In this document: positions 55,603-64,000 of the stretch, piece by piece
Numbering within the stretch: the stretch's first letter is position 1
Layout: each line of letters opens with the position of its first letter
DNA from: Eubacteriales bacterium
GTDB lineage: Bacteria; Bacillota; Clostridia; Christensenellales; CAG-138
Assembly (NCBI GenBank): GCA_035446965.1
Contig: DAOTGE010000006.1
Location: 728-64,727 of the forward strand
Length of the DNA stretch: 64,000 nt
Direction: 5' to 3'
The notes under the pieces: generated by a model
Seen by the model: the letters and a program-made list of their open reading frames with translations, nothing else
Databases searched by the model: none
Told to the model about the DNA's origin: nothing
Program-made: the position numbers and the translations under genes

Positions 55603-56757
55603 CTATTTCTTTTTTGTTTTTTCGATCAGTGCTGCATAGCGTTCCACCGCGTGGGCGGCGATGCCGTCCCAGGAGAGATAGATGGTTTCGCGCGCCGTTT
55701 TGCCGATGCGGCGCGTGTTTTCCAAATCGTCCAGCGCATGGCGGATCACGCTGTAGAGGCTCTCCGCCGTATCCTCGCAGAGGAAGCCGTTTTCGCCGTT
55801 TTGGATCGGCTCGGCGGTCGCGCTGCCGCGCACCACGACGCTGGGCGTACCCATCGCCGCCGCTTCTCGCACGACCATGCCCGACGTGTCGTAGAGCGAA
55901 GGGAAAACGAACAGGTCGGCGTTTTCATACAGCCCGTAAAGATACGTTTCGTCGGTGATGTGCCCCGTAAAGCGTGTGCAGCCGGAAAGGCCGAGTTCCT
56001 CTGCTTTCCGGCGGATGGCGTGCGCGTCCGGCCCCTGCCCGGCGAGCACGAGCGTAAACGCGCGTCCCTTCTGATTCAGCATGGCGCAGCTTTCCAAAAT
56101 GCGCAGGATATTCTTTTTCCAGTTGATCTGTCCGCAGTAGAGAAGGATTGGTGTGTCCGGCAGATCGAAATATGTCCTTGCGGCGGCGGCGCGCTGCGCG
56201 CTGGGTGCAACGTCCGGCGTGCCGTTGGGCATGATTACGATGTCGCCGTTAAACCCGTAATCAACGAGCGTTTCGGCGGAACTCTGACTAACGGTCCAAA
56301 CCTCGTCGCAGCGCTGATAGAAATTCACAATGGTTGCAACGGCAAAGTTGGCGAGCATTTCCGCACGGGTCAGCTGGTAGAAATCGTCATAGTAGCGCGA
56401 ATGGAACATGCCGATTACGGGAATGCCGCGCCTGCGGCCGAGACGCTGCGCTTCGAGCCCGGCAATGAAGGGGGAATGCGCATGGATGACGTCCAGGTCG
56501 ATGCAGCGCATGCGCGCGTCGTAATGCGTGTCCAGCTGCGGGATGCCGGTGCTGTACTGGCGCTGGCGCGGCACCTCCATGCTGATAAAGTCCACCAGCT
56601 CAAACGGATAGCCGCCGCGGTAGCCGCCGTCTGCCATTGGGGCGACCACATAGCATTCTTCGCCGCGCTTTGCCAGCGCCACGGCGTAGTTGTAGACCAC
56701 GCGCCCGACGCCGTCCACGATTGGAAGGAACGTATCGCTGAACTGTGCGATTTTCAT
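55603..56757 (-). CDS. Glycosyltransferase family 4 (diacylglycerol glycosyltransferase-like)
   Basis: FSDTFLPIVDGV, IHAHSPF, HSRY, PNG, FVFPSLYDTSGMVVREAAAMGTP. Confidence 0.92.
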   Translation of the reverse strand: MKIAQFSDTFLPIVDGVGRVVYNYAVALAKRGEECYVVAPMADGGYRGGYPFELVDFISMEVPRQRQYSTGIPQLDTHYDARMRCIDLDVIHAHSPFIAGLEAQRLGRRRGIPVIGMFHSRYYDDFYQLTRAEMLANFAVATIVNFYQRCDEVWTVSQSSAETLVDYGFNGDIVIMPNGTPDVAPSAQRAAAARTYFDLPDTPILLYCGQINWKKNILRILESCAMLNQKGRAFTLVLAGQGPDAHAIRRKAEELGLSGCTRFTGHITDETYLYGLYENADLFVFPSLYDTSGMVVREAAAMGTPSVVVRGSATAEPIQNGENGFLCEDTAESLYSVIRHALDDLENTRRIGKTARETIYLSWDGIAAHAVERYAALIEKTKKK

Positions 56758-56909
56758 ACGAATAAGAACCTCTTTGCTGTTCTGAAATTACGCAAATCAG
56801 GCGCCGGGGGATTGCAGGCGCTTTGCTTACCGGTCTATTCTACCATATTATTAAAAAACGTGTTATCATGAAAGCTGACTTTGACTGCCGAGGAGGAAAC
56901 GAACGCCGC

Positions 56910-57989
56910 ATGAAACGAACGCTTGCCGTGCTGATAGTGTTCTGCCTGATACTGGCGGCGCCCGGCTTTTCGCGTGCGGAGACGCGGCTTACGGGTGATC
57001 TCGACAGCGACGGGGAAATATCGGCCAGCGACGCGGCAAAGGTGCTGCGGGCCGCGGGCGGCATCGTCACACCGGACGCGGCGGTTTCCGCCATTGCGGA
57101 CGCGACGGGCAACATGGAGGTCGGCACGGCGGACGCCGTCGCCATCCTGCTCTATGCAACAGGCGAAATCGATGCGTTTTCCGACCTTGCGGGCCTTTCG
57201 GCGGACAGCCTGCTCGGCGAAAAATACCTGGAGAAGTTTTCCTACCGCGGGATCGTTTCACAAAACGGCGGCTACCGCAGCCGGGTCGTAAGCGTGAACG
57301 TTTCCAGCGGCGAATCGGACGGCTTTGTTTATTGGGTCGCCGACGTCTATGTGCAGAGCGTTGAAAGCATCCACACCGCGTTCGGCGGCGGGGAATACCT
57401 CGGCGGCCGGGAAACGACACAGCAGCTTGCGATTGCAAACGGAGCAATCCTTGCAATCAACGGGGACGGTTATTCCGGGCGGCAGCAGGGGCCGCTGGTG
57501 CGCAACGGCGTTTGGTACCGGGACACGATCGACATTGAAAACGATATTTGCGTGCTGTTTGCAAACGGGGAACTGACCGTTTATGCGTCCGGTTCCGTGA
57601 CCGCCGAAGAACTGGCCGATTTGGGCGTGTACCAAACCTGGACGGGCGGCGTGCGCCTGCTGGACGGAGACGGGGAGGCGCTTGCTTCGTTTGGCGTGCA
57701 GGGAGAGGATACCCATACCGCGCGCACGGCGATTGGATATTATGAACCGGGACACTATTGTTTTATCACGGCCGACGGGCGGCAAAACGCCGCGTCGAGC
57801 GGCGCGACGCTCGCCCAGCTTGCCCGGCTTGCGTCCGGGCTCGGCTGCGTTTCGGCTTATTCGCTGCTTGGCGGTAATTCCACCGTAATGGCAACCCAGA
57901 CGGGGGTCATAAACTATAACCCGGACGGCGGACGGACCGTAAGTGACATCGTTTACGTTTGCGAGCCGGTCCAAAATGGCGGAGAATGA
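56910..57989 (+). CDS. Secreted dockerin + phosphodiester glycosidase (NAGPA/DUF2233) protein, copy 1 (degenerate active-site motif)
   Basis: Signal peptide; GDLDSDGEISASDA...DATGNMEVGTADA dockerin-like pair; AINGDGY, ARTAIG, ADGR, AYSLLGGNS. Confidence 0.82.
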   Translation: MKRTLAVLIVFCLILAAPGFSRAETRLTGDLDSDGEISASDAAKVLRAAGGIVTPDAAVSAIADATGNMEVGTADAVAILLYATGEIDAFSDLAGLSADSLLGEKYLEKFSYRGIVSQNGGYRSRVVSVNVSSGESDGFVYWVADVYVQSVESIHTAFGGGEYLGGRETTQQLAIANGAILAINGDGYSGRQQGPLVRNGVWYRDTIDIENDICVLFANGELTVYASGSVTAEELADLGVYQTWTGGVRLLDGDGEALASFGVQGEDTHTARTAIGYYEPGHYCFITADGRQNAASSGATLAQLARLASGLGCVSAYSLLGGNSTVMATQTGVINYNPDGGRTVSDIVYVCEPVQNGGE

Positions 57990-59065
57990 AGAAACTGCGG
58001 TTGATTGGTGTTTGCGTGCTGGTGTTTGCCGGGGTATTTTTCCCGGTTCTGGGCACGCAGGCGGAAACGGCGCCCGAACTGGGCGATTTAAACGGGGACG
58101 GTGCGTTTTCCGCTGCGGACGCGGCGGTGATGCTGCGGCTTGGCGGAACGGACGCGCTCTCCGCAGATGAACGGCCGGACTGCGACTTGACGCAAAACGG
58201 CACGATTGACGCGACCGACGCGCGCGCGGCGCTGCTCTACGCCTGCGGCGGGATTGACGATTTGGTTAAATTTTCCGAGCGGGTGTCCAGCGGGCTTTGC
58301 GACGAAACGCTGTTTGACCGCTTCAGCTATACGGGTGTGCAGGACGATCTGAACGGGAACTATCGGAGCGAAAACGTTTCGGTCACGATTGAGTCCGGGC
58401 ATGTGTTCGACAGCGATTATTATCTTGCCGACGTATACGTGCAGGACATCGCCTGCATCACCAATGTCTTTGCACGGGATGAATTTCTCGGCAAAGTGGA
58501 GTCGGTGGAAGATATCTTCGGCCGCTGCGAGGGCGGGATCGTCGGTGTGAACGGCGACTTTTATTCGCTGCATGTCTACGGGCCGGTCGTGCGCAACGGA
58601 GTCGTTTATGCAGACCAAGTGGCCGACAACTGGGATATTGCGGTTCTGCGCGCAAACGGGGAACTGGTTACGTTCGATTACGGCACGCTCACACAGGAAA
58701 CGCTCTTTGCGCTGTCGCCGTATCAGACCTGGGTGTTCGGGCCGTCCCTTCTGGACGAGGACGGGCACGCAAAGACATACTTCCGCAGCAGCGTAAAGCC
58801 CGCAAATCCGCGTACGGTGCTCGGTTACTATGAACCGGGGCACTATGCGCTGATGGTCGTCGACGGACGAACCAGCCAGAGCGAAGGGGTCACGATGGAC
58901 CAGCTTGCGGAATTTTGCGAAGAGCTTGGTTTTGCGGTTGCATACAACCTGGACGGCGGCCGTTCCAGCGTCATGGTGAGTCAAAGCGGCCCGATCGACG
59001 CGCCGTATCTCGGCGGCCGCTCCTGCAGCGACTGTCTGGCCGTACGGGAACTTCCGACGGAATAG
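57986..59065 (+). CDS. Secreted dockerin + phosphodiester glycosidase (NAGPA/DUF2233) protein, copy 2
   Basis: Signal peptide; GDLNGDGAFSAADA...DLTQNGTIDATDA; GVNGDFY, FGPSLL, NPRTVLG, VDGR, AYNLDGGRS. Confidence 0.88.
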   Translation: MKKLRLIGVCVLVFAGVFFPVLGTQAETAPELGDLNGDGAFSAADAAVMLRLGGTDALSADERPDCDLTQNGTIDATDARAALLYACGGIDDLVKFSERVSSGLCDETLFDRFSYTGVQDDLNGNYRSENVSVTIESGHVFDSDYYLADVYVQDIACITNVFARDEFLGKVESVEDIFGRCEGGIVGVNGDFYSLHVYGPVVRNGVVYADQVADNWDIAVLRANGELVTFDYGTLTQETLFALSPYQTWVFGPSLLDEDGHAKTYFRSSVKPANPRTVLGYYEPGHYALMVVDGRTSQSEGVTMDQLAEFCEELGFAVAYNLDGGRSSVMVSQSGPIDAPYLGGRSCSDCLAVRELPTE

Positions 59066-59079
59066 CCGGGGAAAAGAAA

Positions 59080-60396
59080 ATGGACGATTTATTCACAAAT
59101 ACTGCCGAAGAAAGCGCGCCGCTTGCCGACCGCATGCGCCCGCGCACGCTCGACGAATTCGTCGGGCAGGAGCATATCGTCGGTGAAGGCCGGCTGCTGC
59201 GCCGCGCAATTCTGACCGACCGGCTCCAAAGCAGCATCTTTTTCGGCCCGCCGGGAACGGGGAAAACCACGCTGGCGGCCATCGTGGCCAACGCAACCGG
59301 CGGCGCGTTTGCAAAACTCAATGCGGTGACCGCGGGCGTCAAGGAACTGCGCGCCATCGTGGAGGACGCGGAAAATCGGCTCAAGCTCTACCGCAAGCCG
59401 ACATATCTTTTGCTCGACGAATGCCACCGCTGGAGCAAGACGCAGTCGGACTCGCTTTTGCCCGCGCTCGAAAAAGGCACGATCCGCTTCATCGGTTCAA
59501 CGACCGAAAATCCGATGATTTCCATGACGAGCGCAATCGTTTCCCGCTGCCGGGTCTTTCAGTTTTATCCGCTTACGAACGACGACGTGGAAAAAGTCGT
59601 ATTAAATGCTCTTTCCGATGCGGAACGCGGGTTCGGCAAGCTGGACGTCGTCCTCGAAGAAGACGCACTGCATACGATTTCGGCCATCGCCAACGGCGAC
59701 TGCCGCAACGCGCTCAACGCGCTCGAACTTGCGGTTCTGACCACGCTGCCGGACGGTGCGGGAAAAATCCGCGTTACAAAGGAAATTGCCGCGGAGTCGA
59801 GCCAGCGTAAGGTCGTCAAGTGTGACGAACAGCTGTTTTACGATATGCTTTCGGCGTTTTGCAAGAGCCTGCGCGGCGGCGATTCGGACGCGGCGCTCGC
59901 GTGGTTTGCACGATTGCTGTATGCGGGCGTCGACCCGCGTATCATCGCGCGGCGGCTGATTGCGCATGCCAGCGAGGATGTGGGGCTCGCCAATCCCCAG
60001 GCGATGGTGCAGGCCGTCGCCGCGGCGGAAGCGCTCGAACGCGTGGGCGTGCCGGAAGCGCGGCTGTCGCTGACACAGGCGATCCTATATATCTGTGAGT
60101 CGCCGAAATCCAACAGTGTCGTTACCGCCATGAGCGCCGCATTTGCGGATGCGGAAAGCAGCTTCGACGAGCCGGTGCCCGTCCACCTGCGGGATACGTC
60201 GTTTGCCGGCGCGGCGAAACTCGGCCATGGCAAGGGGTATCTCTATCCGCATGATTATCCGGGTCACTGGGTGAAGCAGGACTATATGCCGCCCTCTTTG
60301 CAGGGGAAACGATATTACGATCCGTCCGACCAGGGGCAGGAAGCAAAGATAAAGGAAAATCACGAAAAGCGCGACCCGCTCCGCGGCGACGGCTGA
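59080..60396 (+). CDS. rarA: Replication-associated recombination protein A (RarA/MgsA)
   Basis: PLADRMRPRTLDEFVGQEH, FGPPGTGKTT, LDECHR, GSTTENP, SAFCKSLRG, ASEDVGLA, YLYPHDY. Confidence 0.97.
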   Translation: MDDLFTNTAEESAPLADRMRPRTLDEFVGQEHIVGEGRLLRRAILTDRLQSSIFFGPPGTGKTTLAAIVANATGGAFAKLNAVTAGVKELRAIVEDAENRLKLYRKPTYLLLDECHRWSKTQSDSLLPALEKGTIRFIGSTTENPMISMTSAIVSRCRVFQFYPLTNDDVEKVVLNALSDAERGFGKLDVVLEEDALHTISAIANGDCRNALNALELAVLTTLPDGAGKIRVTKEIAAESSQRKVVKCDEQLFYDMLSAFCKSLRGGDSDAALAWFARLLYAGVDPRIIARRLIAHASEDVGLANPQAMVQAVAAAEALERVGVPEARLSLTQAILYICESPKSNSVVTAMSAAFADAESSFDEPVPVHLRDTSFAGAAKLGHGKGYLYPHDYPGHWVKQDYMPPSLQGKRYYDPSDQGQEAKIKENHEKRDPLRGDG

Positions 60397-60435
60397 ACGT
60401 TCCGCCGCAAGAGCGCTTTCATAAAGGAGTAAAGT

Positions 60436-60888
60436 ATGGTGAGCGTCAATTCCGCCGGCAGCGGGTTTATTCCTCTTTTTGTCGGCATCTTTTCCGGCAC
60501 GTTCGGGCTGATCGGCCTGATATTCCTCATTGTCGGCGCTTCGGTTTCGGCCGCAGGGCGGCGCAGGCGCGCGCTTTGCACCGCCTATGCCGAAGGAGTT
60601 GTGAGCGCGTTTCAGGGACAGTACGGTTCGAGCGCCGTCCGTCTCGTCTATTCCTTCACGATCGACGGACAGCAGATGCAGGGTCTCTCGCAATATGCGT
60701 CCGGCACGCCGCGGCTGCTGGTCGGGCAAAAGGTGCATGTGCACTATGATCCCCAGAACGTCGGGAACCTGTATGTGGAAGAAGAGAACGCGCAAAACAC
60801 GTTTCCAAGGGTTTTTACGATTATCGGCGGCGTTTTCCTTGCCGTTGCGCTGATCGTTGCAGCCGTTTTGCTTGGCGTTGCGCGGTAA
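60436..60888 (+). CDS. DUF3592-like membrane protein
   Basis: TM - AEGVV...LVYSFTIDG...VGQKVHVHYDPQN - TM architecture. Confidence 0.8.
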   Translation: MVSVNSAGSGFIPLFVGIFSGTFGLIGLIFLIVGASVSAAGRRRRALCTAYAEGVVSAFQGQYGSSAVRLVYSFTIDGQQMQGLSQYASGTPRLLVGQKVHVHYDPQNVGNLYVEEENAQNTFPRVFTIIGGVFLAVALIVAAVLLGVAR

Positions 60889-61030
60889 AAACGTCCGGAT
60901 GCGGACAAAGGCGACATTTCGGACATTTTGTGAATATTCGCAAGGCGGCGTTGGCAGTTGACCGGCCATATGGTAAACTGGACGTTGCGAAAATGCGGGT
61001 CCGCATTTTTGCGGAAGGAGTATTATACCC

Positions 61031-64000
61031 ATGGCGAGACGAAGAAGGAGAGCATCGGCGGCGCGCAGAAGCCTGATTTTTGTATTGCTGATCGCCTGCC
61101 TGATCGCGCTCATTCTTTATTTAACAAAAGGCGGAACGTCGTCGGAAACCGACGGCACCGCCGAAATACAGATCAACGAAGTGATGACCAGCAACAAGGG
61201 GACGGTGCCGGACGAAACGGGCGACTTCCCGGACTGGGTGGAGATCGCCAACACCACCGATTCTGCTCTGGACATCTCCGGTTACGGTCTTTCGGACGAT
61301 TTGCTTTCCGCCGCCAAATGGACGTTCCCCGAGGGGAGCGTTATCGAGGCGCACGGTTATATTGTTGTTTTCTGCAGCGGGGACGTATCGCGCGGGTCGA
61401 TGCATACAGGCTTTAAGCTTTCCGCTTCGGACGACGTGATCCTTTCTTCGGTTTCCGGCACGGTGATCGACAGCATCTCCCTGCGCTCGGTGACGAGCGG
61501 GTATTCGCTCGGCCGTGATGCGGCGGACGCTTCCACCTGGAAGGAAATGCTGCCGAGCCCCGGGTATCCGAATACGGACGACGGCGCGGCGCAGTATCTT
61601 GCAACGCTGTCCGCCAGCGCGGACGAGTCCGTCGGCGTATATATAAACGAATTTATGCCGAGCAACGCCTCCACCATCGTAGGCCCGGACGGGTCGTACT
61701 GCGACTGGATCGAGCTTTATAATACGACCGGTTCGGAGGTCGATCTTTCGGGCTACGGCATTTCGGACAGTCCGACGCAGCCGCTGAAATACACGCTGCC
61801 GGAAGGTACGAAAATATCCGCTTACGGCGTGCTGATGATCTATTGCACCGGCCGCGTAACGCCGGACGGGTCGGCTGAGGTTGAAGCGCCGTTCGCACTT
61901 GCTGCTTACTCCGAGAGCGTGGTGCTTTCCACGCCGGCCGGGCGCATTCTGGACGAATATGACTATACCCGCGCGGACACGGACATCAGCTTTGCGCGGT
62001 CCCCCGACGGAACGGGCGAATTTACCACGACGGCCCAGCCGACGCCGGGATATACCAACGATAACGCCGGTCTGCAGGCGTTTATGGCGACGCTTTCGTT
62101 CGGCACCGGCGACGTGGTGATTTCGGAAGCGCTCAGCGCCAACTATTCCTATCTCAAACAGCCGGACGGCGAATATTACGACTGGATCGAGATTCACAAC
62201 CGAACGGATTCACCGGTTTCGCTGGCCGGGTACGCGCTTTCGAATAACGCGAAAAACCCGGCAAAGTGGGTCTTTCCCGACATCACGCTGGAAGCGGGTG
62301 AATACCTAACGGTGCTGGCGTCGGGCAAAAACGTGTCCGACGCACAAAAAAAAAATAGTCTGGAAACAAACTTCAGTCTCTCTGCGGACGGCGATGTAGT
62401 ATTCCTGTTTTCGCCGGATGGCACGCTGCTGGACAAACTCCAACTGCCCGCGGCGCATGCGGATGTGAGTTACGGCAGAACGGGGACCGAACTGCTCTAT
62501 TATGAAACGCCCACGCCATCCGCGGCCAACGGCGCAGGGTTTGCCGGATATGCCGAGGAACCGACGATTCTGCTTGCAAGCGGCTGCTACGACAGCGCGC
62601 AGAGCGTCACAATAGACGTGCCGGACGGCTGCTATGTTACCTATACGACGGACGGGTCGGTGCCGACGGAGAATTCCAGCAAATATTCCGGCGCAATCTC
62701 AATTTCCAGCACGACGCCGCTGCGCGCGCGCGCGTTTAAGACCGGCCTGGCCGGCAGCAGCACTGCGACGGCGAGCTACTTTATCTATACCGGCGCGGAC
62801 ACGCTGCAGAACCACCGAACGACGCTGCCGATCGTCAGCCTTGTTACCGACCCGGACAATTTCTGGGGCGGTGAAACCGGCATTTATGTTGTCGGAGACG
62901 ATTATGCCGCAGTGTCGGGACAGGACCCGAGCGATATTACCATGACGGCCGGCATGAACAACGACGACTGGAACCTTGCCAATTTCAACGCGCAGCCGGT
63001 TTCGCACCCCGACCCGCTCGGGCGCGGCTGGGAGCGGGACGTGCATTTCGACCTGATCGGCGACGACGGCAGCTATGAGTACGACGCGGACTGCCTGATC
63101 CGCATCTTCGGCGCGTATTCACGCAACAAGGAGCAAAAGGGGCTTGCGCTGGTCACGCGTGCGGGCTACGGCGATTCGGAACTCGACTATCAGTTCTTTG
63201 ACGATCTGGACATCACGGAGTTTCATTCGCTGACCCTCCGCGCGAGCGGACAGGACGCGACCAACAGCCGTATCCGCGACATTGTGATCACTTCGCTGCT
63301 TGGAGACGGCGATCTGGGCCTTTCGGCCGATCAGGATATTTACGTGCAGGCGTTCAAGCAGGTGGTCGTATATATCAACGGTCAGTACTGGGGCGTATAC
63401 AACCTGCGCGAAAAGATCACGAAGTATTTTATCGCCTCGCATTACGACATTGCCGATCCGGATTCTATCGATATCCTGATGGGCAACGGCAACAATATGT
63501 GCGTGATTTCCGGCGATGGCTGGGAAGATTACACCGATATGGTGGAGTGGGCCGGCAGCCACGACCTGAGCAATTCGGCGAACTACGAATATATCTGTTC
63601 GCTGATGGACGTTGAGAACTTTGCGGCCTATACCGCCGCGGAGATTGTCGTCGGCAACACCGACACGGGCAACATCAAATATTGGCGCACGAAAGAGACC
63701 GACAATAAATGGCGCTGGCTGTTTTACGATTTCTGCTGGGCCATGAACCGCAACGACAATTATTCCGACTCGTCGACTTCCGGCTACCGGCGGGACTTCT
63801 TCTCGAAGTATTTCAACGAGCAGGGACACGGCGCGGGCAAATCGACTTCCACGGTGCTTGTGCGCGCGCTGCTGCAAAACGCCTCGTTCCGCGCGCTCTT
63901 CCTCGAAAAGGTTGCGCTTATGCTCAACGAGGTGTTTACGCCGGAGAAGATCAACGCGCGAATCGACGAACTGCAGGCGGCGATTTTTGATGAAATGCAA
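61031..64000 (+). CDS. Membrane-anchored lamin-tail-domain x3 / Fn3-associated / CotH-kinase protein (partial, runs off the right edge; absent from the ORF track)
   Basis: Hand translation gives an open frame from ATG 61031 to the window end (990 codons). MARRRRR + TM; three LTDs (INEVMTSN..DWVEI, INEFMPSN..DWIEL, ISEALSAN..DWIEI); YTTDGSVP; CotH motifs GRGWERDVH, LRASGQD, YINGQYWGVYNLREK, GNTD.GNIKYWR, WRWLFYD. Confidence 0.9.
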   Translation, partial: MARRRRRASAARRSLIFVLLIACLIALILYLTKGGTSSETDGTAEIQINEVMTSNKGTVPDETGDFPDWVEIANTTDSALDISGYGLSDDLLSAAKWTFPEGSVIEAHGYIVVFCSGDVSRGSMHTGFKLSASDDVILSSVSGTVIDSISLRSVTSGYSLGRDAADASTWKEMLPSPGYPNTDDGAAQYLATLSASADESVGVYINEFMPSNASTIVGPDGSYCDWIELYNTTGSEVDLSGYGISDSPTQPLKYTLPEGTKISAYGVLMIYCTGRVTPDGSAEVEAPFALAAYSESVVLSTPAGRILDEYDYTRADTDISFARSPDGTGEFTTTAQPTPGYTNDNAGLQAFMATLSFGTGDVVISEALSANYSYLKQPDGEYYDWIEIHNRTDSPVSLAGYALSNNAKNPAKWVFPDITLEAGEYLTVLASGKNVSDAQKKNSLETNFSLSADGDVVFLFSPDGTLLDKLQLPAAHADVSYGRTGTELLYYETPTPSAANGAGFAGYAEEPTILLASGCYDSAQSVTIDVPDGCYVTYTTDGSVPTENSSKYSGAISISSTTPLRARAFKTGLAGSSTATASYFIYTGADTLQNHRTTLPIVSLVTDPDNFWGGETGIYVVGDDYAAVSGQDPSDITMTAGMNNDDWNLANFNAQPVSHPDPLGRGWERDVHFDLIGDDGSYEYDADCLIRIFGAYSRNKEQKGLALVTRAGYGDSELDYQFFDDLDITEFHSLTLRASGQDATNSRIRDIVITSLLGDGDLGLSADQDIYVQAFKQVVVYINGQYWGVYNLREKITKYFIASHYDIADPDSIDILMGNGNNMCVISGDGWEDYTDMVEWAGSHDLSNSANYEYICSLMDVENFAAYTAAEIVVGNTDTGNIKYWRTKETDNKWRWLFYDFCWAMNRNDNYSDSSTSGYRRDFFSKYFNEQGHGAGKSTSTVLVRALLQNASFRALFLEKVALMLNEVFTPEKINARIDELQAAIFDEMQ

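Noticed and set aside
1-64000. rRNA, tRNA, transposase, integrase, prophage or defence genes
   Set aside because: No such signatures were found by eye on either strand.

Overview
Origin-of-replication region of a GC-rich Clostridia-class (Bacillota) chromosome. No rRNA, tRNA, CRISPR array, transposase or prophage was seen. The left end holds an atypical origin block on the minus strand: dnaA, oriC (DnaA boxes plus DnaA-trios), dnaN, three parS sites, parA, parB. recF/gyrBA and rpmH/rnpA/yidC are not adjacent, and mnmG-rsmG lies about 37 kb away. The rest is mostly housekeeping: two lepB, arcC, murA, thpR-addB-addA, FMN riboswitch-ribU, perR-rubrerythrin, lon-engB, sortase with an LPXTG protein, a TGS-fused nucleoside kinase, CBS-pyrophosphatase, degV, lit-tsaD, P-II-like/CPA2 antiporter, yhaM, pckA, MATE, trkHA, plsC, Smr, GT4, two dockerin-NAGPA proteins, rarA, and a large LTDx3-CotH protein that runs off the right end and is missing from the ORF track. 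The most notable non-coding signals are: (1) an AT-rich two-module palindromic repeat cassette at three convergent gene junctions, one copy supplying the parB C-terminus and stop; (2) two distal DnaA-box clusters sharing one three-box architecture and richer in perfect boxes than oriC; (3) a candidate Na+-type riboswitch before the P-II-like/CPA2 operon; (4) a recurrent CCCTGTATGGTA motif. All functional calls come from motif recognition; no database searches were run.
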